This document shows positions 26,040 to 39,196 of a stretch of DNA of 64,000 bases, one piece after another. This stretch comes from Octopus sinensis. Taxonomy: Eukaryota. A program made the translations under genes and the position numbers. The notes beneath the pieces are model-generated. The model worked only from the letters and a program-made list of their open reading frames with translations. It ran no database searches and was not told where the DNA came from. Each line of letters opens with the position of its first letter. Position 1 is the stretch's first letter. The stretch lies in the NCBI RefSeq assembly GCF_006345805.1, contig NC_043012.1:27342001-27406000 (forward strand), given 5' to 3'.

Positions 26040-29000
26040 ATTGCCAAATTAGCAACATGCCATCATTACTCATGTAAATGCTCTGGTCTCACACTGACTG
26101 TGTCTCTGGGATTGCAATCCCTCCAGCTCCTGTGTATTTAATTGGTATAGCAATTTAGTTTGACATGCTGATAGCATAAGGCTTGAAACTTCAGCATTAA
26201 ACTGCATGTGATTCTTTTCAGTCCACTTGTATATTTCATCCAGCTCACATTGCAGGTGCATAGTGTCTTCAGGGTTCTCTACCGCCTGTGAGACTTTTGT
26301 ATCATCTGCATAACTTGTGATTGTGGGTCTGTGTGTGGATAAGGGTATATCTGAGGGCCATTATGAACAGTAGTAGTCCCAAAACAGTGCCTTGCAGAAC
26401 ACCACTCACTATTTGTGCATCATTGGAAGTGGCCCCACTAGCTACTACCACCTGACTTCTATCCTTCAGAAAGTCATGAAGCCATTCTCCCAATTTTCCA
26501 ACTATGCCAAGATCATGCAGTTTGTGACACATCATTCCATGATCGACTTTATCAAAGGCCTTTGCAAAGTCGAGATATATGAATTCCACATTTCAGTCGT
26601 TGAGCAGCTGTTTCAGTACCCAGTCATAGTGTTGTAAGAGCTGAGTCAGGCAGCTTCTTCCTGGTCGGAAACCATGTTGGGTGTCAGGCAGCAAGTTATT
26701 TTCCTCAAGGAAGGTGATTAGTTTTCTTCTATTTGTTCCATAACTTAGCTGATGTGCAAGGTCAGAGAGATAGGTCTGTAGTTTTTCACCTCTGCTCTGC
26801 TACCTCCTTTATGAATAGGGCATATTTTACCTTCCTTCTGCTTGCTTGGAAGTTTGCCAGTTATAAAGGAAGCTCTGAAAGAAGGACTGCAGTGGTCTTG
26901 CTACATACTGCAGTGGTCTTGCTTACATACTTTTAGAAGGATTGCTGGGAATCCACCAAGGCCAGTAGCTGAGTTTGGGTTCATTTCATCTAGAGCCCTT
27001 ATTACATCGTCTTCCTTTACATTGATGTAATCGATCATCACTGCCTCTGCTTTTATATCTGCAGCAGGAAAAAAGAGTCAGCTGGATTGCTGACTTGCAA
27101 GTGTCCTAGGGGGTGGAGTGAAAATACTTTTGATTTGCTCATTTTGTATTTCATCTATCCTCATTGGGTTTCCTGTGAGTGAACTGACTTTTTTGAGGAT
27201 TGGCCCTGCCCTGCAGTGGATTGAGGCTGTTTCTTTTACAAACTTGTAGAAAGCTCTGGAGTTAGATTTTATATTATCTATAGCCCAGGCTTCTTTGTCA
27301 CCTCTATCGTTTTCATGAGAGAGTTGCAGTTTTTTTCAATCTCGAACAGTTGTATTTTCAGGCAGGACTTTTCACTGCTTTCAATTTCTTTGTGTAGGCA
27401 AATTAAAATTTTTGTACGCCGTCTCAAAAGAATTTTCTTCTCCCTGGGGATTTTGTTCTTGTGTACAGTGGCCTTTCTCTCTGGGACACATTTGTAGCAT
27501 ATGGCTTGCAGTACAGACATGTATTGTTGAAGTTTCATGTCGATGTCCGGTGAGGAGAGACATTCAGGCCAGTTTTGTTTGAGGATCTCTTTCTCAATGT
27601 TTCCAGTTTGCCTAATGGAAATTCAAGCTGGAAAGATTCTGAGAGTTTCTTGTAGGCTGCATGTCCATGCTTTCCTTTGGTCCGTATATGGTCAGCTCTA
27701 CCATGTAGTGATCCGAGAGTAGCATCGGTGTCACTTTCACATTCTGGCTGAGATCCATATTATTTGTGAAGCAGAGATCCTGTAGGTTATCTGCCCTGGT
27801 TGGTTGGAGTTCAAAGGACAGCTGCAGAACAACAATCTTTTTCGTGCATGACACAAAAGATTGTACAGCAGCTGACATGACTACATCAATCTCACAGATG
27901 GGACTATCTCCAATACACAAGACTAAAAGTGTTGATGAGGTTCAGGAGAGACTTCACTTGTCCTTGTTCGCATCGCGCCATACCTGGGAGAGAAAGGCTC
28001 TCAGGCCATCTGACATTGGGCAGATTGAAGTCTCCCATTAGAAGTACACTTATGTGTTGTTGTAATGTAACTAGAACTTCTATTTTTGTAAGGCAGTCAC
28101 ATATAACTACATCGATCTATCTTATATGTACAATTAGTGTGTCACATACTGAATTTGAGTGTGACAAAAGGACCTGGGGTGTGAGGTCTTCACGGATGTA
28201 CATAGCAACTCCACCACAACTCCTTTCTTTCCTGTCGGTCTGTAATACAACATACTGTGCTATGTGTATTTCTGCATTTGCTAGTTTCAAGTGTGTTTAC
28301 ATAAGTGCTATGCACAAGCATTGATTGCATGTAACAAGGTCTCCCAGGAAAGGAATTTTTGTCCTGTTACTAAGTGTTAACAGTCCTCTGATGTTCAGTA
28401 AGAGCACCGATGTGATGTCAGTGTTGTTGCCATAGGTGCCCACCTTGGGTCTATTTGCTGTGGTGGTCTTGTGTATTGGGGATAGTCCCACCTGTGAGAT
28501 TGATGTAGCCAGGTCAGCTGCTGTACAATCTTTTGTGTTATGCACAAAAAATATTGTTGTTCAGCAGCAACCCTTTCAACAACATGTTGATAGGACTGGT
28601 TTGTAACACGCACTACATCTGCGTACCTCCGTTTTGGGGCAGGTGGTGCACAGTTCTTTCCTTTTGGCAGGTGGTTTCCGGCCTGTTTCATGTTTATGTG
28701 GCAGGGTCTTTAGTGTGCAAAACAGCAGCTTGCACCTCCCTCTCCATGCCAGCAGACACCTTTCAAGTTGAATTTGCACATTCGTGTGTGCTGTCTCTTT
28801 TTATCCTTTTTGCTGTATGGGCAGTCAGATTTGCTTCTTTCTTCAGCTGCTTCATCTCTTGTTTTTGCTCCTTTCGGTTGTTCTTTCTTGGCTTTTTCAC
28901 CTCCATCGTATTTCTGATGGTGGGAGGGGCACTTCTATGGGTTTGCTTTCCTGGCAGGTTTCTCACTTAAACCTTCTTCTTTGTTTTCTTCAGTGTCTAC

Positions 29001-29300
29001 CAAGTGGGGGGAACATCTTTCATCTACATCCGTGCCTCCATCCTTGTCATCTTTGCTGTGTTCATCATCAAAGATGGCACAGAGAGTGCTGATGTGGGAA
29101 TGTATGAGAGCACAGGGGTATGTAAACTCCTGTTCTTTTTTGTTCTATCTGTGCTAAAGTTTGTGAATAGCCATTGCTCTCCAGCACAGCTGTGATGATA
29201 TTGTTTGGGTTATCCCAGGCTCTCAAAAACGATGCTAATTCCATGCTCCTTCAGTTTCTGGACATATTTATGGTTTTTTGTTTGTTTCTTTCGTTTTTCT
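26040..29300 (-). mobile_element. CR1/L2/Jockey-group LINE, decayed (ORF1 with CCCH finger, endonuclease, RT)
   Basis: YLDFAKAFDKVDHG..SGVLQGTVLG, YADD, QFNAE; LLLNIRGL and LSDH endonuclease motifs; CKFNLKGVCWHGEGGASCCFAH in ORF1. Confidence 0.85.
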
Positions 29301-29404
29301 TTATTTTTTATAATCAACTGTGTGATGGAGGGTAGTGAAGAAACAGAGAAAGAGAGTGTATGTCCATATATTTACAGATATTGAGAGGCTGAGAGAAGAC
29401 AGGA

Positions 29405-29470
29405 ACAGAGAGAAAGTGAGAGGGAGAGAGAGAAAGAGAGAGAGAGAGAAGGAAAGAGAGAGAGAGAGGG
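29405..29470. repeat. (AG)n-rich microsatellite
   Basis: Direct reading. Confidence 0.9.
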
Positions 29471-29624
29471 AGTATTGTCTATAATAGGAGTTATACTGGT
29501 TTATTGATGCGTTTTGTTTCTCTTTTTTTTCCTCATGAGAACATCACATTCTTTTACAACATTTTATTCCTTCTGCAATAATGCCAATATTTTCTTTGAA
29601 ATATATGTTGTAAGAAAAACATTT

Positions 29625-29660
29625 CAGTACCGGTTTCGATCATTGAAACTTTTTCAACTG
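29625..29660 (-). ncRNA. Degenerate hammerhead-like motif in inverted PLE arm
   Basis: CAG-TTGAAAA..GAAACCGGTA-CTG with palindromic ACCGGT; the CUGAnGA core is non-canonical. Confidence 0.5.
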
Positions 29661-32600
29661 TAAGTATGGAAAACAATTAAATTTTGGAAAAATTAAATGA
29701 AAAGTTTTTTAAAAGAATATTTGCATAGTATTCAAATACAAGGGACATTTTCCTTGTTTCTGCCTGTCTGTCTCTCTTGTGGGTTTGAGGTCGTGAATTC
29801 TTGGCGAAGGAGGAGGAGGAGAAGAAGAAGAAGAAAAATGTGGGAATGCAATGATAGTAGTAGGATGCTAAATGTCCAAGTGCCCTAAAAGTAACTTGTT
29901 GTGGATGGTAGTAGTGAGTGAATTCTTGAGATATCTCTTTTGAATGTATTGTTTATGTGTGTAGGTGTTATTCTAAACAGCAGTAGTAGTAAAGTATGGA
30001 AGGAGGTGGCAGAGGGGAAGAAGACAAAGATGAAAGAGAAAGAGAAGAGGGAGTAATAAGGTATGGTATGATAGTGGTAGGATGTTAAATGGTCAAGTGA
30101 CCTAAAGTGAATCGTTGTAGATTATAGCAGCGATTGGGACTGTTTTTAAATAATTCTTGGGTATCTTTTGAATGTATCATTTTTAATATTTGTGTGTGTG
30201 TTATTCTAAGGCCATGGTGGATATGTCATTTGTTGTAGATGCATTCAAAAGGGGTCTGTATTTTCTAATAAAGAGAGTCTCTTAACTAATTCGTTGGCTG
30301 CAGGTTGTATCATCCTTGAATTGGTAGAGGGGAAAAATTCTGAAGCTTGGATTTTTGTTATTGGCACAAATGTCAATGTGTTGGCTGAATGCTGTTTTGC
30401 ATTTTTTGGGAATTTTGATCTGCGATTTGTGCAGAGCCATCCTTTGACATAGACTGTTTTTTGTTTAGCCTATGTATTGCTCCGGAGTACCCCAACTTGA
30501 AACAGAGAAAGGAGAAATCACTACCCACAGGATAGACATTGCAACCTCCTACCCCCCATAAAGAGTTACCAACGAAATTTTCGTGCCAAAAATCTCCTAA
30601 ACAACCATGCACAACAAACCCGTACCACATTCAATAATTACCAACCCCCTAAAACACCACATCGAAACATGGGATATCGGGACACACTTTTCAATACCAT
30701 TCCAAGAACACGCACCATAAATCACAACACAGCACCCCGCAACAATGAGGAACAACTACACAATAGATATCATCCCAACCACTGCAATCATTTTTTAGAC
30801 CTAATACGCAAACACAGAGACATGAGATATCACCAAACAGACAGGAGGAACCAAAAATGGTAAAAAGTATCAATCTAACTCACAAATAACTAACAGCAAA
30901 CCAAATCAATATGCTCTCCAAAGGGCTCAAGTTTACACCCACCCCATAATGCTCAACTACAACGAAATTAAAGAAGACATCATGGAATTCTGTAGAAAAT
31001 TATGACTCGCTGAGGAGCTATACAACAAATATTAGGATGAATCATTGGTCCAAAATTGAAGTTACTACACCCCTTCAAAAGGTAAGAACAAAACCCTTGA
31101 TCATTTCTGTGAACACATGTTGAATTACCTATATTAAAATATGCACTAACAAAAACACAAGCTAAACTTCAGCAAAAAAGAATGGGCTGAGCTGAACAAA
31201 TTAAAAGATGATAAAACAATAACAATCAAAGAAGCTCATAAACGGAGTTCAGTTGTCTTAATGGACCCGGTATACTATATAACTCTAGTACGATCCATAT
31301 TGGAAGACACGACATATTATGAAAAGGTCCAACACTACAGTCAGCAGAAACTTATGGGAAACCTAAAATCCATGTTAAACCTATACAGAGAAGGACTCGC
31401 CGACAAGGAATACGATTATATGACCAATTTCAAAAGTAAATCCACTCAATTCTATGGTATTCCTAAGATACGCAAAAGTGAGAAAATAAGTAATGCATGC
31501 AGGATAGCCAGACATAACAATCAAGGTCCCTACTCCTAATGACCTCAAATTAAGACCTATAATAGCAGGTCACGCATGCGAAACCCACCGCCTCAGTAAC
31601 TTTTTAGATATCCTCTTAAAACCATTCCTCAAGCGTATCAAAAGCTACATAAGGGACGACCTGGATATGCTCAGCACCTCCCTAAAACAATAAACAAAAA
31701 GACCCTACTAGTATCCTTCGATGTAGTCAACTTATATTCTAATATCCCCAACAATCTAGGAATAGAGGCAATTCAATTCTGGCAAGAGAATTACGCCAAT
31801 GAACTCCTACATCGCATCAACAAAGAATTCATAATAGAAGAGCTAAAATTCATCTTGGAGAATAACTATTTCGTCTTCATAGACAACTTCTACTGATGAA
31901 AATCAGGGATGGTGATGGGTACGAGAATGGCCCCCTCCTTTGCTAACCTAGTCATGGGATATCTAGAAATTAGACTTTATCGTAAGGTTTTAGAAAAATA
32001 CAGCAGCCCATACTCCCTCTACACAGAAAATAACTGATAACTGGAAGAGATACCAGGATGACTGTTTCACTCTTTGGCATGAAAGTATAGAGAGACTTAA
32101 AGAATTTCAAGCACTTACAAATGGACTTGACATAAACATTCAATTCATGATGGAATATAACCATCAACAGACATCCCAAATTAAAGAAGGATTTACAATC
32201 AAAAGCTCTACTATACCTCTCCACACACAACCCTCTTAACAATGAAGCCTTCGACACCATCCTCCAAAGCATTCCCCAGCTAAAAAGGGACCACAGAATG
32301 AACTCAATCCTCCAAACGCTCACCATCATAAAGAGCAAAAGACAGCCCAAATCTATGAAAAGTCTCCTAACCCAAGCCTGAATAAGCTCAACAACAACAC
32401 TGATGTTGTCAGTAAAAAAATGCGATAGACCCAACTTTGGGATTTGGGTCAATTTAATTGAGGGATTTGAGTTCTCTTTCAAACAGGGACAGCTTTCACA
32501 GTGAAAAGCAGCTTCACATGTACTTCGGAGAACCTGATATATGCACTAACCTGCTCTGAGTGCCAAGAACAATACATAGGCCAAATAAAAAACAGTCTAC

Positions 32601-32749
32601 GTCAAAGGATGGCTCTGCACAGATTCCAGATAAACATTCCCCAAAACAGAAAAACAGCATTCAGCCAACACATCGGTCTCTTTTGCCAAACCACTAAGTT
32701 ACGGGGACGTAAACACACCAGCATCGGTTGTCAAGCAATGTAGGGGGGG

Positions 32750-32793
<44 letters not shown>

Positions 32794-32858
32794 AATTAGA
32801 GATAAAACCACTATTATGCAAATCAAACAAAGTTTAAACTCGCCAAGAATATTTGAAA

Positions 32859-32922
32859 CCACCTGAAGAATGTCTACTACTCAAAGATGTGATGAAAAGA
32901 AGACATGAAACGATCGTAGTGG
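32859..32922 (+). ncRNA. Minimal type I hammerhead ribozyme, apparently intact
   Basis: CCAC-CTGAAGA-ATGTCT[25 nt]AGACAT-GAAAC-GATC-GTA-GTGG: all core nucleotides, three pairing stems, palindromic ACGATCGT stem III, predicted cleavage after A32918. Confidence 0.88.
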
Positions 32923-33107
32923 ATATTAATAATTGTTAAATTACTAAATAATATAAATTAATTTATGTATTGGATTAAGTCTTTCTTTGTTTGATTTGCA
33001 TAATAGTTGTTTTGTCTCTAATTTATATAATATAATATTTTACTATAAATTGGATTCAATCCTAAATCTGATTTTTCCCTGTAAGTTTGGATTTATTCCC
33101 TAGTATT

Positions 33108-33147
<40 letters not shown>

Positions 33148-33375
33148 AGGTTCTTTCAGTTTCCATCTACCAAATCCACTCACAAGGCTTTGGTTGGCCT
33201 GAGGCTATAGTAGAAGATACTTGCCTAAGATGCCACGCAGTGGGACTGAACCCGGAACTATGTGGTTGGTAAGCAAGCTACTTACCACACAGCCACTCCT
33301 GCACCTACTATGCAAATATTCTTTTAAAAAATTTTTCATTTAATTTTTCCAAAATTTAATTGTTTTCCATTCTTA

Positions 33376-33409
33376 CAGTTGAAAGTCTCAATGCCCGAAA
33401 CCGGTACTG
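33376..33409 (+). ncRNA. Degenerate hammerhead-like motif in PLE 3' arm
   Basis: CAG-TTGAAAG..GAAACCGGTA-CTG; counterpart of 29625-29660. Confidence 0.5.
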
Positions 33410-33509
33410 AAATGTTTTTTATAAATCTATTTTAACATTTCCTACCTTGACTTTTTTTCCATATATATATATCAACTCGTGTGTTCTTTTTCAACCCTCT
33501 ACATTTATG

Positions 33510-33568
<59 letters not shown>

Positions 33569-33604
33569 GTGTGTGTATGTATATATATATATATATATAT
33601 ATCA

Positions 33605-33880
33605 TGAAGGCACATGGCCTAGTGGTTATGGAGTTGTACTCACGATTGCGAGATTACGATTTCAATTCCTAGGCCAGGAATTGTGTTCTTGAGCAAAACA
33701 CTTCATCATGTGTTGCTCTGTGATCACTTTGACACCTGATACATTGTACACATTGCACATGTTCAGGTCACCTTGATTTGACAGAGTAAGTTACCTATGT
33801 GCAGCATGAACATTTGATCCCTATAAATAAATCATTTGTGTAGGTCATTTGGCAAAAGCTGAATGCTCCTATGGCATCAT
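33605..33880 (+). mobile_element. Third tRNA-derived SINE, decayed
   Basis: TGGCCTAGTGGTTA A-box and TTTCAATTCC B-box-like head followed by GTGTTCTTGAGCAAAACACTT. Confidence 0.6.
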
Positions 33881-34853
33881 AGATATATAAAAGAAAAAAA
33901 TGGGATAAAAAAATCCTGGCAGATATCATGTAAGCACTCAGTATAAAGGAAAAGGTTAAATTTCCAACATGTAGATACCAGTAAATGTATGCCAAATACA
34001 AATCCCAGGTAAAAAGAAATTCAGAGTATTTAACAATAATGATATGTATGAAGAAAATCATATTTTTATTTTAGATCACACCTTAAAAATCCAACAATTG
34101 TTTCAATTGCATTAACATATATACACATATAAATATATATACATAATAGTATTAAAATTAATAATATGTATGAAAATTTATGTCAACACAAAATTATCAA
34201 GGTAATCCAAATTGGTGATATTCTAACTGAACATTTGAAAAAAATTTAGCTATTAAGAAATGCTAAAAAAAGAAATGCCAAAACAAATTTAACTTTAGAC
34301 ATTCATTCGTTCAACCAAGTGTGATGTCATTGAATAACTAATTTACTTTATAAAAATAAAATATAAAAAATATCATACTAATTCCATATTTTTTTACAGT
34401 TTAAAATCTACACAAAAAAATGCGTAATAGAAACTTAGATACTTAACATTACAATAATTAACTACCTATTTATTTAATATAATAAACTCTTCTTCAGGAA
34501 TTAACCTTATTATATAATAACTGGAAAATTATTATATTCAACAACATATATAACCATTGATGACCTCACTGAATAATAAAAAAATAAAAATTACAGAAAA
34601 GACAACCAAATACTTATTTATTCATTATTTTAAACTCTTTAATAATTGAAATTATTAATTATAATAATTTTTTAATTAATTATTATATAATAAGGTTAAT
34701 TCCCATTAAAGTGTTTAATATAATGACTAAGTAATTAATTCCAGTGATGTAAAGTATCTAAACTTTGTTTAAGCATAATGTAGAATTCTTATCTATAGTC
34801 TTTATTCTTTAATTATCTACTGAGATCATCATGAATTGTATATATTATTAATT

Positions 34854-35220
34854 GGGGCTAATGCAGTTTCATACCTTTCCTTGAAAAATGCCTTTTTTTG
34901 AAAATATTTTTCCAGATTCCTATGAATATGCAAAAAACAAACCTTTTAAAATTTCATTCCCTATTCCATCCCCGCCCCTATTTAAAATTCTGAACTTTTC
35001 CCAAATTTTTTTTTAAAAGCAACCGTTACCAAATTTTAAATGTTTCAAATTTCACCCTGCCTCTCCGGCAGACCTCATGCACAGTTACCCCCCACACTAA
35101 AATAGACATTTCTGATTTTTTTTTCAGCAGGTTCCTATGTTTTCAATGACAGAGATTCCAAACATGCAAGAAACCACATTTTCAAAATTTTAAATTCAAT
35201 AAGCATATAGTTATGTGTTT

Positions 35221-35282
<62 letters not shown>

Positions 35283-35618
35283 GTGAATAAACAGATAGGG
35301 ATAAATAGATAGACAGACAAATAAATAAATGACTGAAAAAGTTTTATGATTATTTAAGGCAAACACAAGTAAAATGCAAATTCTTTTCACATTAATGCTT
35401 TTGTCTATGTTCAATTTCGATTTGCATATGTTTGTCAATTCGCTACAATCTCTTCAAAGTAAACAAAATCAAAATTTTAAATTTGGGGGTAGAGATGAAA
35501 TGTAAAGAACTTTTCTTTTTGCATTTTCATAATCTTCAACATCTAAAACGTAGGTATCCGAAAACATGTTTTCAAAAAAATGCATTTTCAAGGAGAGGTG
35601 CAAAACTGCATTAGCCCC
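34854..35618. mobile_element. MITE with 8-bp TSD (Merlin/MULE-like, superfamily uncertain), containing (GATA)n at 35223-35282
   Basis: TIR GGGGCTAATGCAGTTT..CCTTGAAAA; TATTAATT duplicated at 34846-34853 and 35619-35626. Confidence 0.8.
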
Positions 35619-35796
35619 TATTAATTATAATTTTTCAATTATTATATATGGTTAATTCCTATAAAAGGGTATAATATAATAAATATATAAATAGGTATTT
35701 AATTATTTTATCTATTATTTTTATTTCTATTCTTTAGTTATCCACCATAGTCATCAATAATTGTATATATTATTAATTATAATAATTTTTCAGATT

Positions 35797-38700
35797 AATT
35801 CAAGACTGGATGCCCATGAGAAGAGCTATATGCTGATGATCTTGCTCTTATTGCAGAATTTGAAGCAGAATTGGAGAAGCAGTTCTAGGTTTGGAAGAAA
35901 GACTTGAAATCAAAGGGCCTTAAAGTTAACTTAGCTAAGACTAAAGTTGCTGTTAGTGACAAAGGAGGTAAGACTCTCATTCCGGCTGGTAAATGGTCCT
36001 CCTCAATATGTAGGAAAGGAGTAAGCTGTAATTCCATATGCTACACTAAGTGAAAGCTATGGATGCATAAGAGATGCAGTTGAATCATGGGTAGGTTATG
36101 GGACAAAGTTGCTTTCATGAGTGGTGGATGCACAATAAGTATTAGGTTGTCAAGAAAGTTCTTGCAGTTTTTAACCTTTAAATTCAGATGCGCATATCTC
36201 GGCTCAAACAAAACTTTATTAATCGAAATAAACACCATCAGAATCAACACACTTTTGTCAACACGAAACAAGTTTGTTTATGCCAGTAGCATAAAAATCC
36301 TGTGTTCTTGTGGTGATGAAGTCGTTGAAGGTTTTTGAAGCATTTCTCTCACAGGAAGTTGTCGAGATGCTTGAAAAAGTGGTAGTCGGTAGGTGAGAGG
36401 TCTGGTGAGTATGGCAGATGAGGCAGAGTTTCATAACCCGATTCGTTCAACTTCTGCACAGTCAGTTGTGCGACGTGTGGCTGAGCATTGTCATGGAGAA
36501 GAATTGGTCCTTTTCTATTGAACAATGCTGGCTGTTGTTGTCGGAGTTTCTTATGCACTTCATCCATTTGCTGACAGTACTTCTCTGCTGTAATGGTTTC
36601 GCCTGAATCCAAAAAGCTGTGATGGATGAGACCAGCCACACACCACCAAGCAGTCACCATGACCTCCTTTTGGTGCAACTTTGGCTTCGGGAAGTGCTGT
36701 GGAGCTTCATCATCATCCAACTACTGAGCTGAGCATCGCCAATTGTTGTAAAGAATTCACTTTTCATTGCAAGTCATAATCCGATTGAGAAACGGGCCGT
36801 TCTTGTTGTATAAAAGAAGGGAAGATAACACTTCAAAATGGTGTTCTTTTTGGTTGTCATTCAATTTGTGCAGCACACATTTCTCAAGTATTTTTGTTTT
36901 TCCAATCTCTTTCAAGTGATTGGAAATTGTCATATACGTTACGTCTAATTCAGAAGCAAGCTCTTGAACAGTTGTGCGAGGATTGGCTTCCACTAAGGCT
37001 CTTAGTTGATTGTTGTCAACATCCGATGGCTGACCACTATGCTTATCATCTTCAAGACTCTTGTCACTGCTATGAAATTTCTTGAACCACCATTGTGCTG
37101 TACATTCATCAGTGGTTCCTGGGCCAAACGCATCGTTGATATCACGAGATGTTTCAGCAGCTTTTCAGCCAAGCATGAATTGGAATAAGAAAACTGTGTA
37201 AATTTGCTTTTTGTCCATGTTGTATTGAACGTTCTGGAAAAAATGGCCTAATTATTCAAAAAGAAAAAGAGTAACACAATTAGATAGAGTGAAAAATGGG
37301 CTTTAAAATGATAGATAAAGTCAAAGTAATTTAATGAAAATTAATTTGAAAATACATCATTTAAAACCAAAATTTAAAATTCCACAAGAACTTTCCTGAC
37401 AACCTAATATTAAGAGCATAAGGGACTTAAACTCTCTCAAATCTCTTGAGGTAGTAGATAGTTTCTGCTAAGTAGGTGACCAAATCAGTAACAGTAGTGG
37501 ATGCTCTGAAAGTATTGTTTTTTGAATAAGAATAGGATGGAGGAAGTTCAGAGAGCTACTGCCTCTTTTGGCAACAAAAGGACTCTCTCTCTCTAAGAGT
37601 GAATGGTATATGATGCTTATGTCAGAACAACTATATTACATAGTAGTGAGACATAGGCTCTGACTGTGATGGACATGTGTAGGCTGGAGAGGAATGAAGG
37701 TAGTATACTCCATTGGATTTGCAACATCAGTATGCATGACTGACAAAGCACAACCGTGTTAAGAGAAAAGTTAGGCATAAGAGGGATTAAATGTGGTATG
37801 CAGGAGAGAAGAATGTGTTGGTTTGGACATGTGATGTGTATGAGTGAAAACAGCTGTATACAGAAATACCTGTCACTGAAAGTGGATGTTACATGCAGAA
37901 GAGGGAGACCCAGGAAGACATGGGATGAAGTGGTGAGGACTGATCATAGGATGTTGGGGCTCACGGAGGAAATGACAATAGACCAAGATGTTTGGCGATA
38001 TGAGGTTCTAGAGAAGACCTGTCCACAAAACTGCATGCTAGAAGAGTTGTGTCCCACCCACATTTAACAACACATTTTTCACCTACTCTACCATACAAAA
38101 TCGAACTACAACTCCTCTTCAAACTGCTTGTTTCTCTTCCTCACATTTCTTCTTCATAAACTATGATTGTTTTCCAATCCACTTTCTTGTCCTCACTGCC
38201 CAGCTCACTGTATCGCTGCTCTCCCTACCCCCAACACCCATAACCTATTTTTCTACCCAAGCTCTATGCTCAGATCCATAGCACTACACCACCTCTCTTC
38301 TGCTCTCTCTTACACTCTTCATGTTTCCTACTCTGTCTCTTTCTCTTGTTTTCCCTCTAACTAGGTAACCAAATATCTCCTGTACATCAGCACACTTGTT
38401 TCTGGACTCTTTCTTATACCTCTTTCTCTCACTCTCACTCACTGGGTAACCTCCTCGATAGCAAGACACCTATTTCTGCTTCTCTGTTACACTGGATCAT
38501 CTCCTCTAATCCCTCTGTTGAGGCAAGACACCTGCTTCTGTCTGACACACTCTAACCTTTCATCCTCTGACACAAGTTCCCCTCCTCAAATGCCCTGCCC
38601 TTCTCATAATTCCTATATAGTGAGTTACTTGGTGACCCTACCAGTACTGATGTCATGTTAAAAGTAACCAGTCCACACAGTAACATGGTTGGTGTTTGGA

Positions 38701-38930
38701 AGGGCATCCAGTGGTAAAAATCATACCAAAACTAACCACCTGTGCTACTGCCATGAAAAAGTACTGAGTCCACTCTGCAGAGTGGTTGGTGTTAGGAAAG
38801 GTATCCAGCTGCAAAATCCCTGCCAAAATAGACACAGTAGCCTAGGGTAGTTTTTGTACCTGGCCAGCTCCTGTCAACTGCCCAACACATGCATGAATGG
38901 AAGTTAAACAATGATGAAGATGATGATGAA
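35797..38930 (+). mobile_element. 5'-truncated RTE LINE interrupted by mariner
   Basis: ELYADDLALIAE at about 35820, PHD-like remnant, RRGRPRKTW at about 37900, (GAT)n tail. Confidence 0.85.
36142..37407 (-). mobile_element. Full-length but inactivated mariner (DD34D) transposon
   Basis: TIR TTAGGTTGTCA(A/G)GAAAGTTCTTG, TA TSD, 1266 bp; IMTCNEK, LLHDNAQPH, YSPDLSPTDYHFF; in-frame stops. Confidence 0.93.
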
Positions 38931-39196
38931 GGTTAATTCCTATAAAAGAGTTTCATATAATGAACAAATAGGTATTTGGCTGTCTTTTCTGTAATTTTTA
39001 CTTTTTAATTATCCAGTGAGATCATCGGTGGTTGTATATGTTGTTGAATATAATAATTTTTCAGTTATTATATAATAAGGTTAATACCTGAAGAAGAGTT
39101 TATTATATTAAATAGGTAACTAATTATTGTGACATGAAGTATCTAAGTTTCTATAATGCATTATGTAGAATTATTATCTGCAGTTTTTATTCTTTA

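Larger units (their letters stand above)
29605..33430 (+). mobile_element. Near full-length Penelope-like element with inverted 3'-end copy at its 5' side
   Basis: LSKGLKFTPTP, FYGIPKI, RPIIAG, SFDVVNLY, MGTRMAPSFANLVMG, FTCTSENLIYALTC..YIGQ on +; 29605-30480 is the reverse complement of the GIY-YIG end and 3' UTR (matches 32570-32670 and 33306-33430). Confidence 0.9.
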
